Source: Deltaproteobacteria bacterium (GTDB lineage Bacteria > Desulfobacterota > Binatia > UBA12015). From it: a DNA stretch of 64,000 bases. Made by a program: the position numbers and the translations under genes. Numbering within the stretch: the stretch's first letter is position 1; the number at the start of each line of letters is the position of its first letter. The DNA is taken from assembly GCA_029262355.1 (NCBI GenBank), contig JAJCZO010000297.1:21055-85054 (forward strand). The letters are read 5' to 3'. The notes beneath the pieces are model-generated. The model had not been told where the DNA came from and did no database searches. It was given only the letters and a program-made list of their open reading frames with translations. Below are positions 1 through 8,198 of this stretch, piece by piece.

Positions 1-746
1 AGCGCGTCGGCCGTGGCGGCCTTCGCGGCCTCGCCGGATTCGGCGATGTGCATCTGCCAGTTCATGGGGAAGTCGAACTTGGCGGGGTCGGCGCCGAGCG
101 CGGCCATCTCCTTTTGCGCGACCAGGACGTTTTCCTTCAGCTCATCCATGGTCATTAGCGTCGGGGTGACCATGAGCTGGAGGCCTTTCTCGGCCGCGAT
201 CTTGAAGCTCTCCGGGCTGATCGCTGCCATGTAGACGGGCGGATGCGGCCTTTGGACCGGCTTCGGAATCAGGTTCACGTTCTCGACGTGGTAGTGCTTC
301 CCGGCATAGCTGAAGTCGTCCGACTGCCACGCGCCCAGAACGATGTCGAGCGACTCGCGGAACAGCTCGCGGCTGTGGGCCTGCTTGTCGCCCATTCCCA
401 GCATGCGGAACTCGCGCGGCTGGTATCCGCGTCCCACACCGAAGTCGAGGCGACCGTTCGAGATGACGTCGACCATCGCGTAATATTCCGCGATGCGCAG
501 TGGGTTATCGAAGGGCAGAATGCTCACGGCGATGCCGATTCGCATTCTCGTGGTGTGCATCGCGACGGCAGCGGCAGCCACTTGAGGCGATGGCATCGTC
601 CCGTAGGTGCTGCCGTGGTGCTCCGCGAGCCACACGGTATCGAAGCCGAGTTCGTCTGCGAGGCTGATTTGTTCGAGCATTTCCTCCCAGGCACGGCGGA
701 AATCGCCGTCGCGGGCCTCGAGGACGTAGAAGACTCCGAATTTCAT
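1..746 (-). CDS. LLM class F420-dependent oxidoreductase (luciferase-like monooxygenase fold); 3' end of gene lies beyond window start
   Basis: Minus-strand translation from ATG at 746..744 reads MKFGVFYVLEARDGDFRRAWEEMLEQISLADELGFDTVWLAEHHGSTYGTMPSPQVAAAAVAMHTTRMRIGIAVSILPFDNPLRIAEYYAMVDVISNGRLDFGVGRGYQPREF..., a luciferase-like TIM-barrel N-terminus. An AGGAGAGA ribosome-binding site sits just upstream on the minus strand. The frame stays open to the window edge, so it is absent from the ORF track. Confidence 0.7.
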   Translation of the reverse strand, partial: MKFGVFYVLEARDGDFRRAWEEMLEQISLADELGFDTVWLAEHHGSTYGTMPSPQVAAAAVAMHTTRMRIGIAVSILPFDNPLRIAEYYAMVDVISNGRLDFGVGRGYQPREFRMLGMGDKQAHSRELFRESLDIVLGAWQSDDFSYAGKHYHVENVNLIPKPVQRPHPPVYMAAISPESFKIAAEKGLQLMVTPTLMTMDELKENVLVAQKEMAALGADPAKFDFPMNWQMHIAESGEAAKAATADA

Positions 747-875
747 TTTGATCTCTCCTGTGGTGGGTTGCCGTCGGACTCCGCAGGAACCATGCCAGCT
801 CGACGCCGGGGCACAGGGCTTGCAGGTTGCGAGGTCTATCGACAAGCCTGAGCTTGGATCACGGGGGACGAATAC

Positions 876-1298
876 ATGGGCGCACTCTCACTAGAAGACA
901 AGCAGACGATCCAGGAGCTCCTGGCGCGCTCGGCATGGGCGTACGACGAGGCTCGTCTCGACGTGATGGAGGCCTGCTTTCACGCGGACGCTCAGATGCG
1001 TCTGTGCATTGCAGGCGGAGACATCGTCGGTCCCTACGACGGACGCGTCGAGATCTTGGATCTGATCCGTGGTTCGATCGAGTCGCAGAGCGATCAGCGC
1101 CGTCACGTGATCTCGAACGTGTTCTTCGAGTCGGCAGACGGTGACACGGCGGTCGTGTTGTCGACCCTCACCCTGATCGCCACCGCCAACGGCGCGAGCT
1201 CGGTTCTGTCGGCCGGGCTGTATCGCGACACGGTGGCACGTGATGGCGAGGGGTGGCGCTTTCGCGAGCGCTTCCTGTCCCTCGATCGGCCGTACTGA
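876..1298 (+). CDS. NTF2/SnoaL-like small protein (nuclear transport factor 2 fold)
   Basis: ORF-track 140-aa protein with SnoaL-like composition (SAWAYDEARLDVMEACFHADAQM...). It is compact, non-R/P-rich and sits cleanly between the flanking genes. Confidence 0.55.
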   Translation: MGALSLEDKQTIQELLARSAWAYDEARLDVMEACFHADAQMRLCIAGGDIVGPYDGRVEILDLIRGSIESQSDQRRHVISNVFFESADGDTAVVLSTLTLIATANGASSVLSAGLYRDTVARDGEGWRFRERFLSLDRPY

Positions 1299-1314
1299 GA
1301 AGCGAGCATCCTCA

Positions 1315-2862
1315 GTGAACGTCGGAACCATTCCCGCGAAGCACGCCCGCCTCAACCCCGATCGGGAGGCCGTCATCGATGCGACGACGGGTCGCCGCGT
1401 GACGTTCGGTGAACTCGAGAGCCGCGTCCGTCGGCTCGGACACGGGTTGCGCAGCGCTCTCGGGCTCGAACGGGGAGACCGGGTCGCCGTTCTCTCGAAG
1501 AACAGCGTCGAGTTCTTGGAAGTGTACTTCGCCGCAGGGCGCCGGGGGCTCGTCTCGCAGCCGCTCAACTGGCGCCTCGGCGTCGCCGAGATGGCGCGTA
1601 TCCTCGAGGACGGCGCGCCCCGCGCGATCGTGTTCTCGAGCGAGTTCGAGGCCGAGGCGACCGAGCTGCGCGCGCTCGTCGAGATCGACCACTGGCTGGA
1701 ATACGGCGGCGGCGAGAGAACGTACGAGTCGCTCGTCGATAGCGGCGGCGAATCCGATGAGTCGATCGACGCTGGCGACGCCGACCCGTTCTTCATTCTC
1801 TACACGGGCGGAACCACCGGCGAGTCGAAGGGCGCCCTGCACACGCACGGCAGCGCGACGATGGGCATGATGAACCAGACGGTCGCCGAGCGCATCGTGC
1901 CCGATGATGTCTACATGCTCACGGGACAGATGTTCCACATCCCCATGTTGCTCGCGATGAACTATCTTGCACATGGGTGCCCGCTGGTCTTGATGAACTT
2001 CGAGGCACGACTCGCACTCGATTTGATTCAACGCGAGCGGGTTTCTGCCTTCCTCGGCATCACGACCATGTTGAACTGGATGATGGCCGAGCCGGGGTTC
2101 GACCGCTTTGATCTGTCGAGCCTGCGGAACATCCAGTACGGCGGCGGGCCGATGCCGCCGAACGTCGTCCAGGCCGCGTTTGAATCATTCCCCTGCGAGC
2201 TGATCCAGGGGTACGGCCAAACGGAAGGTGCGACGATGACCTTCCTGTCGCAGGAAGACCACCGCGATGCGCTTCGTGGCGTGCAACCGGAGCGCCTGCG
2301 TTCGTGCGGCCGCGAGGGCTTCGTCACGGAGATCCGGTTGGCGGACCCCGATGGCCGGCCGACGCCCCGCGATGGCAAGACGACCGGCGAGATCCTCGTG
2401 CGCTCGCCAGCCAACATGCGCGAGTACTGGCGGAAGCCGGAGCTCACGGCCGGGACGTTGCGCGACGGTTGGATGTGGACCGGCGACATCGCCACCTGGG
2501 ACGCTGAGAGCTACGTCTACATCGTGGACCGCGCGAAGGACATGATCATCACGGGGGGGGAGAACGTGTACTCCGTGCAGGTCGAGGCGGCGATCCACAA
2601 ACACCCGGCCGTGCTCGAGGCGGCCGTCATCGGAGTGCCCGACGATGAGTGGGGCGAGTCGGTGAAGGCCGTCGTGGTGTTGAAGCCCGGCCAGGTGGCA
2701 ACGGAGAAGGACATCATCGAGACGGCCCGTACCCATCTTGCGTCGTATCAGAAGCCGCGCTCGGTCGACTTCGTCGACGCGCTCCCGAAGGCTCCCACCG
2801 GCAAGATCTTGAAGCGCGAGCTCCGCGATCCGTATTGGAAGGATCGGGAACGGAGCGTATGA
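1315..2862 (+). CDS. AMP-dependent acyl-CoA synthetase/ligase (FadD-like)
   Basis: Contains the AMP-binding signature ILYTGGTTGESKGALHTHGS, later YGQTEG, and a C-terminal PKAPTGKILKRELR motif. The start is trimmed to GTG 1315 (VNVGTIPAKHARLNPDREAV), which removes a 58-nt overlap with the upstream gene. The ORF-track start at 1240 is an alternative. Confidence 0.85.
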   Translation: MNVGTIPAKHARLNPDREAVIDATTGRRVTFGELESRVRRLGHGLRSALGLERGDRVAVLSKNSVEFLEVYFAAGRRGLVSQPLNWRLGVAEMARILEDGAPRAIVFSSEFEAEATELRALVEIDHWLEYGGGERTYESLVDSGGESDESIDAGDADPFFILYTGGTTGESKGALHTHGSATMGMMNQTVAERIVPDDVYMLTGQMFHIPMLLAMNYLAHGCPLVLMNFEARLALDLIQRERVSAFLGITTMLNWMMAEPGFDRFDLSSLRNIQYGGGPMPPNVVQAAFESFPCELIQGYGQTEGATMTFLSQEDHRDALRGVQPERLRSCGREGFVTEIRLADPDGRPTPRDGKTTGEILVRSPANMREYWRKPELTAGTLRDGWMWTGDIATWDAESYVYIVDRAKDMIITGGENVYSVQVEAAIHKHPAVLEAAVIGVPDDEWGESVKAVVVLKPGQVATEKDIIETARTHLASYQKPRSVDFVDALPKAPTGKILKRELRDPYWKDRERSV

Positions 2863-3311
2863 GCCGGCTTACGCCGGAAATGTTGGCCCACGTCGGTCGT
2901 TCGCGGACACCGGTGATGGAGCTCGCCACGAGTCGCGACATCCGCAAGTACTCCGTCGCGACGCGACAGCGATTGTCGAAGTATCTCGAAGGAATCGAGG
3001 CGCCTCCTCTCTTCTACGTGGCGCTTTTCTGGGACGTCGTGGCGCTCGACCGCATGACGCCGGACGGCGTCACCGTCGATCCGCTTCTGCCGGAGCTTCC
3101 GTTTCCGCGCGCAATGGCGGGCGGCATCAAGACGCAGTACTTCCGGCCGATACGCAGTGGTGACTATCTCGTGGCGCAGCGGACGCTCACCGACTTGTAT
3201 GAGAAAGAGGGCAAGTCGGGACCGCTGTGCTTCTACGAGGTGACCCTCGACGTGAAGGATGATTACGGTGCTCCGGTGCTGGTGGAGAGAACGACGCGCA
3301 TCTTGCGTTGA
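2859..3311 (+). CDS. MaoC-like hot-dog fold protein, non-catalytic partner subunit (ChsH1/HadA-like)
   Basis: ATG 2859 overlaps the ligase stop (ATGA). This is a 150-aa hot-dog-fold-like sequence with no hydratase N-x-x-H motif. It is immediately followed, again with an ATGA overlap, by a catalytic MaoC paralogue. Confidence 0.65.
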   Translation: MSRLTPEMLAHVGRSRTPVMELATSRDIRKYSVATRQRLSKYLEGIEAPPLFYVALFWDVVALDRMTPDGVTVDPLLPELPFPRAMAGGIKTQYFRPIRSGDYLVAQRTLTDLYEKEGKSGPLCFYEVTLDVKDDYGAPVLVERTTRILR

Positions 3312-3733
3312 GGCAGGACATCATGGCGAGAATCGAGACGATACAGGTGGGCGACGGTCTGCCGGCAGAGGATCATACGCCCACGATCTTGGACCTTTTC
3401 TTCTACAACGCCGCAATCTGGAACGGACACCGGATCCATTTCGACGAGAAGTACACGACGCAAGAGGAAGGCTATCGGGGGATCGTGATCCAGGGGCCTT
3501 TGCAGGGTGACTGGATGAGCCAGTGCGTGATGGGTTGGCTCGGCGAGGAGGGCACGCTGGTCGAGTTCGAGTACAGCAATCGGTCTGCCGCCTACCTCGG
3601 CGATACGTTGCATGTAGGAGGGAGGGTGACGGCCGTGGACACCTCCTCGGGCGAGGTCTCGGTCGATCTCTTCGTTCGCAACACGGCGGGTGACGTCATC
3701 GCGCCGGGCGCGGCGCGGGTTCGCGTCGGATGA
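3308..3733 (+). CDS. MaoC-like (R)-specific enoyl-CoA hydratase/dehydratase catalytic subunit (ChsH2/HadB-like)
   Basis: Carries a hydratase-2-type motif NAAIWNGHRIHFDEKY (N/H/H/D) inside a hot-dog fold. It is translationally coupled to the preceding gene. Confidence 0.75.
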   Translation: MRQDIMARIETIQVGDGLPAEDHTPTILDLFFYNAAIWNGHRIHFDEKYTTQEEGYRGIVIQGPLQGDWMSQCVMGWLGEEGTLVEFEYSNRSAAYLGDTLHVGGRVTAVDTSSGEVSVDLFVRNTAGDVIAPGAARVRVG

Positions 3734-3737
3734 TCCG

Positions 3738-4916
3738 ATGAGCCGCTCCTCGAGCCTCCGCGGTGCCGTCGCGATCGTCGGTATCGGGGATACGGAAGTG
3801 GGCAAGCTGCCCGGCCGCGGCGCTACCGAGCTCACCATCGATGCCGGAGCGCGCGCGTTGCGTGACGCGAGCATCGACAAGAGTGCGATCGACGGACTGA
3901 TCACGTCCAACTCGATGGTCGATCCGCACATGTATCACGCGGAGATGGTTGCAGAGGCCATGCAGATCTTCCCGCGATACTGCATGACGCTTGCGGCGGG
4001 TGGTGCGACGAGTTTCGCGGCCATTCACCACGCCGCTTCGGCGATCGCGACCGGGCTGTGCGAAACCGTGCTGATCAGCTCGGCCGACAACCTGCGCACG
4101 GGACTCACGCGTGAGCAGGCGATGGTCCAGCAGTCTTCTACCGGCCATCCGCAGTTTGAGGCCCCGTACGGGGCCCCGGTGCCGGTGTCGTATGCGTTCA
4201 TCGCTCAGGCACACATGCACCAGTTCGGCACCACGCCGGAGCAGCTTGCTGCCGTCGCCGTCACTACGCGCCGGCACGCCTCGCTGAACCCGAACGCAGA
4301 GAAGCGCGGGCTGATCGACATCGGCGACGTGCTCGAGTCGCGCCTCATCGCGGATCCGCTTCACCTTCTCGACTGTTCGCTCGTGTCCGACGGAGGATCT
4401 GCCGTCGTCGTGACGAGCGCGGAGCGCGCCGTCGACCACCCGGAGCGACCGGTGTATCTGCTGGGCGCAGGCGAAGGCCACTCACACGAGCACATCTCGG
4501 CCGCGAAGAGCCTGGTGAGCTCGGCCGCGGCGGAGTCGGGAGAGCGCGCGTACGCGATGGCGGGCCTGACTCCGAAGGACGTCGACTTTGCCGAGCTCTA
4601 CGATTGTTTCACGCCGGTCGTCCTCATCGAGCTCGAGGATCTGGGCTTTTGTGCCAAGGGAGAAGGCGGTCCCTACGTGGAAGCCGGGCACACCGCGCTT
4701 GGGGGGCGGTTGCCGACGAACACGCATGGCGGACTCCTCTCGCACACGCACCCGGGCAACCCGGGGTCCATGTTCGCGCTGACCGAGGCCGTGATGCAGC
4801 TTCGCGGCGACGCTGGCGCGCGGCAGGTCGAGGGCGCCGAGGTCGGGCTGGTGCACGCACAGGGAGGAATCCTCTCCAGCCACTGCACGTTGCTCTTGGG
4901 GCGGGACGCATCATGA
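3738..4916 (+). CDS. Thiolase-fold protein of the Ltp2/SCP-x-like (retro-aldolase) type
   Basis: Shows thiolase-superfamily architecture (AIVGIGDTEVGKL... N-terminus and a glycine-rich C-terminus HTHPGNPGSMFALTEAVMQLRG). The start ATG 3738 lies 4 nt after the upstream stop. It is followed, with an ATGA overlap, by a DUF35 protein, and that pairing is characteristic of Ltp2-type aldolases. Confidence 0.75.
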   Translation: MSRSSSLRGAVAIVGIGDTEVGKLPGRGATELTIDAGARALRDASIDKSAIDGLITSNSMVDPHMYHAEMVAEAMQIFPRYCMTLAAGGATSFAAIHHAASAIATGLCETVLISSADNLRTGLTREQAMVQQSSTGHPQFEAPYGAPVPVSYAFIAQAHMHQFGTTPEQLAAVAVTTRRHASLNPNAEKRGLIDIGDVLESRLIADPLHLLDCSLVSDGGSAVVVTSAERAVDHPERPVYLLGAGEGHSHEHISAAKSLVSSAAAESGERAYAMAGLTPKDVDFAELYDCFTPVVLIELEDLGFCAKGEGGPYVEAGHTALGGRLPTNTHGGLLSHTHPGNPGSMFALTEAVMQLRGDAGARQVEGAEVGLVHAQGGILSSHCTLLLGRDAS

Positions 4917-5323
4917 GCGCGGCCTCGGGAAAGCCCGCGCCGCGGCCAACCGTCGAGACGCAACCGTACTGGGACGGCTGCCGGAGCGGCGAACTGCGTC
5001 TGCAGCGGTGCGCCGCCTGTGAGCACGTCCAGTTTCCGCCGAGGCGCTTCTGCGCGAGCTGCCTCACTGCGGACCTACGTTGGGAGTCCGCGTCGGGCCG
5101 AGGCCGTATTCGAACGTTCAGCGTCGTGCGCCACCCCATCTCGCTCGCGTTTGCCGCCGAGGTTCCGTACGTGGTCGCGTTGGTCGAGCTGGACGAAGGG
5201 CCGACGATCATGGCCGGCATCCGCGGCTGTCAGATCGAGGACGTCGAAATCGGGCTCGCCGTCGAGGTCGAGTTCGAACAACGAAGCGACGAGATCTACC
5301 TGCCGTACTTCCATCCGTGCTGA
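4913..5323 (+). CDS. DUF35 OB-fold / zinc-ribbon protein (ChsH2 C-terminal-like, stand-alone)
   Basis: Carries a rubredoxin-like Cys4 motif (LQRCAACEHVQFPPRRFCASC) followed by an OB-fold region. The start is coupled to the thiolase stop. Confidence 0.7.
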   Translation: MSAASGKPAPRPTVETQPYWDGCRSGELRLQRCAACEHVQFPPRRFCASCLTADLRWESASGRGRIRTFSVVRHPISLAFAAEVPYVVALVELDEGPTIMAGIRGCQIEDVEIGLAVEVEFEQRSDEIYLPYFHPC

Positions 5324-5540
5324 GTGGGGCGGCGCCGGCCCCGAGACGAAAGCCGTCGACTGCGCAGGAAGGGCGGGCTGGTGCCGTCGGCGTTGGTCGA
5401 GCAGGAACACGGAGCCTGGCGAGGCACTCTCCGATTCGTTGCGGGGGATTCACCGGCAATCGCTGCGGCGTGCCGTTTCGTCGATCGTCGACGCCTGCGG
5501 CGGTCCTTGTAATTTGCTGGTGCATACGGGACCACTTCTC

Positions 5541-6566
5541 ATGCGCGCAGCCGAGATTCACGAGTATGGGCCGCCCGACGTCTTCCGCTTGACGACGGAC
5601 CGTCCCGATCCCACCGTTGGTCCGGGGCAAGTCTTGGTTCACACTCGAGCGACCTCGGTGAACCCAATCGACTGTCGTATGCGGGGCGGCTACGGCCGGG
5701 TGCTCTTTGCGATGATGCGCGGGGGCAACGAGTTTCCGGCGGTGCTCGGTCGCGACATCGCGGGCGAGGTCGTCGCCGTCGGGCAGGGCGCGTCACGCTT
5801 CTCGATCGGCGATCGCGTGTTCGGCGCACCGAACACTGGGCTGCAGGGAACCTACGCTGAATTCATGGCAGTCGCTGAAGGCGAGCTTGCCGTCATCCCT
5901 GACACACTCGGCTTCGCCGAGGCGGCCTCCCTTGCGTACGTTGCGGCGACCAGCTGGGCTGCTCTCGTGACTCACGGGGGGCTCTCCGCCGAGAATGCCG
6001 CGGGGCAACGCGTTCTTCTCGTTGCAGGGGCGGGCGGTATCGGTTCGTTCACGATCCAATGGCTGAAGGCCTGGGGGTGCCATGTCGGCGCCGTAGCGAG
6101 TGCGAGGAATGCGGGGCTCGTACGAGGGCTCGGTGCCGACGAAGTGGTCGACTATGGGAGCGCCGACTTCGCCGAAGTGCTCCGTGACTACGATGTCGTC
6201 TACGACAATCTGGGCACTGACGAGGGGCGTGCGGTGCGAACCTTGAAGACCGACGGCACCGCGCGGTTCGTCACCATCGTGCACCCGTTTCTCTCGACGG
6301 TGGACGAACTCGGGATGGAGAAGGGCATGGGGGCGGCGAACGAGGAGCAGGCGCGCCGCCGGGAGCAGTACCCGGCGCTGGGGGGGTACGCGTGGTCGGT
6401 TGCGCAGCCCACCGGCGATGGCATGGCCGAGATCGCCCGCCTCGCCGCCGCTGGCAAGATTCGACCGCAGATCACCGACACCTATCCGCTCGACCGGGTT
6501 GCCGACGCGCACACCCGACTCGAGGAAGGCCACGTCGCAGGCAAGCTCGTCCTAGCCGTGAGTTGA
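5541..6566 (+). CDS. MDR-family zinc-binding alcohol dehydrogenase / NADPH:quinone oxidoreductase-like
   Basis: Has the GroES-like N-terminus (MRAAEIHEYGPPDVFRLTTDRPDPTVGPGQVLV) and a Rossmann motif LVAGAGGIGSFTIQ. The ORF-track N-terminal extension from 5019 was discarded because it is R/S-rich and shows no similarity. Confidence 0.75.
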   Translation: MRAAEIHEYGPPDVFRLTTDRPDPTVGPGQVLVHTRATSVNPIDCRMRGGYGRVLFAMMRGGNEFPAVLGRDIAGEVVAVGQGASRFSIGDRVFGAPNTGLQGTYAEFMAVAEGELAVIPDTLGFAEAASLAYVAATSWAALVTHGGLSAENAAGQRVLLVAGAGGIGSFTIQWLKAWGCHVGAVASARNAGLVRGLGADEVVDYGSADFAEVLRDYDVVYDNLGTDEGRAVRTLKTDGTARFVTIVHPFLSTVDELGMEKGMGAANEEQARRREQYPALGGYAWSVAQPTGDGMAEIARLAAAGKIRPQITDTYPLDRVADAHTRLEEGHVAGKLVLAVS

Positions 6567-6665
6567 TGCGTCTGCGGACCGTCAACCGACCGAAGGAGAT
6601 GTCAGGGGCGTTGATCCAGGCTGCGCAACGTTGACTCTCGCGGTTCGCGTGACATCGTTCGCGAG

Positions 6666-8189
6666 ATGAACGCCGCAAAGCAGCGATTTGTGTGCGGGCT
6701 GTTGGCTGTAGTTCTCGCGCTGCCGACCGCCGCAGAAACGGTGGATGGCGCCGAGTCCGAGGCGAGCCGGCCCAACATCTTGCTCATCACGATAGATACC
6801 CAGCGAGCGGATTCCTTCGGGATCTACGGGAATGAGGGCAACCACACGCCCAACATCGATCGTCTCGCCGCGGGCGGCGTCGTGTTCGAGCGGGCGACGG
6901 CTCCCGTCGGAACGACCTTTCCTTCCCACGCCACTCTGCTCACCGGTCTTTATCCTCGCGCGCACGGTGTGCGCTACAACGGCGATGCGCTCGAAGAGGA
7001 GATCGTCACCCTTGCAGAGAGGCTCCTTCCGGCCGGGTACGAGACGATGGCGTTCGTGACGTACGGCTCGATGGTGAGTCGGGGCGGTCTGGGCCAGGGT
7101 TTCATCCGGACGAGCCATGAGAAGGATGGGCCCGCGGCGCACTCGACCAGTCCGAAACGCATCACCTCCATGGCTCGGGGGCTTCTGAAGCGCAAGCGCC
7201 CGTCGCCGTTCTTCATGTGGGTTCACTATTACCATCCGCATTCGCCCTACGATCTGACGCCGTACTCGAAGGAGAAGTTGGAAGGATACGAAGGGGCGTT
7301 CGCGGACGGGGCGACGGTGAAGGAGTTTTACACTCTACAGAACAAGGGAAAGCTGACCGACGACGATCGGAAGGCACTGCGCACGCTCTATGATGGCGAG
7401 ACACGCGAGGCCGATCGTACGGTCGGCTCGATCCTCGAGGCGTTGGAGGAGGCTGGGCACGCGAAGAACACGATCGTCGTCGTCACCTCGGACCATGGCG
7501 AGTTGCTCGGCGAGCATGACGACGTCGGCCACGGCCCGCGCTTGTGGGACCCGGTGCTTCGCGTCCCGCTCGTGATCTACGATCCGCGCGCGCCGCAGCC
7601 GCGCAGAGTCGCGTCGCGCGTGGGTCTCGTCGACGTATCGCCGACCCTCTTGGAGATGGTTGGACTCGAGGTTCCAGCTGGGATCGATGGCCGAAGCCTC
7701 GCGCCCGCGTTGCGCGGCGACGACCTCGACGATCGGCCGTATTACAGCGAGGTCAGCGCGGTTTCCCCGAGTCACAAGGCGCGGAAGCCGGGCGAGAAGA
7801 AGGGCCAAGGGCCGGATCAGACGAGGGCGCAGAAGAAGGACCAAAAGCCGGGCCAGAAGAAGGCGCTGAAGAAGGGCCAGAAGAAGGCGGCCAAGGTGCC
7901 GCGCAAAGAGCCACGCACGCATGAGTGGGATGAGACCGCGGTTGCCGTTCTCCTCGGAGACCAGAAGCTGATCGTGCAGAACGGTCAGGCTCGGCGGTAC
8001 GATCTGGCCAAGGACCCGGCGGAGCTCACGCCGATCCCCGACACCGCCGACGATCCCAGCGCCGCAGAGTTGATGAAGCTCGCGCAAGAGTACGGCAAGC
8101 GGAAGCAGCGAACGGGAGGACAGGTCGACCCGAAGGACCTCTCGCCGAAGGTCGAGGCCGAACTCCGGTCGCTCGGGTATCTTCAGTAG
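6666..8189 (+). CDS. Secreted sulfatase-like alkaline-phosphatase-superfamily enzyme lacking the FGly motif (Thr in place of Cys; T-F-P-S-H)
   Basis: Has a signal peptide and a sulfatase N-terminal metal-binding block (NILLITIDTQRADSFGIYG). The active-site motif reads TTFPSHATLLTG instead of C-x-P-x-R. It has a Lys/Gln-rich low-complexity insert and ends LRSLGYLQ, like its paralogue at 37603..38994. Confidence 0.8.
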   Translation: MNAAKQRFVCGLLAVVLALPTAAETVDGAESEASRPNILLITIDTQRADSFGIYGNEGNHTPNIDRLAAGGVVFERATAPVGTTFPSHATLLTGLYPRAHGVRYNGDALEEEIVTLAERLLPAGYETMAFVTYGSMVSRGGLGQGFIRTSHEKDGPAAHSTSPKRITSMARGLLKRKRPSPFFMWVHYYHPHSPYDLTPYSKEKLEGYEGAFADGATVKEFYTLQNKGKLTDDDRKALRTLYDGETREADRTVGSILEALEEAGHAKNTIVVVTSDHGELLGEHDDVGHGPRLWDPVLRVPLVIYDPRAPQPRRVASRVGLVDVSPTLLEMVGLEVPAGIDGRSLAPALRGDDLDDRPYYSEVSAVSPSHKARKPGEKKGQGPDQTRAQKKDQKPGQKKALKKGQKKAAKVPRKEPRTHEWDETAVAVLLGDQKLIVQNGQARRYDLAKDPAELTPIPDTADDPSAAELMKLAQEYGKRKQRTGGQVDPKDLSPKVEAELRSLGYLQ

Positions 8190-8198
8190 GTCTTCTGG

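Noticed and set aside
7780-7900. Lys-rich segment as a separate or shifted-frame gene (ORFs 7544..7924 and 7660..7869)
   Set aside because: The segment is in frame within the sulfatase-like ORF, whose downstream C-terminal motif (LRSLGYLQ) matches the paralogue. The alternative frames are Arg/Glu-rich artefacts of the same repeat.
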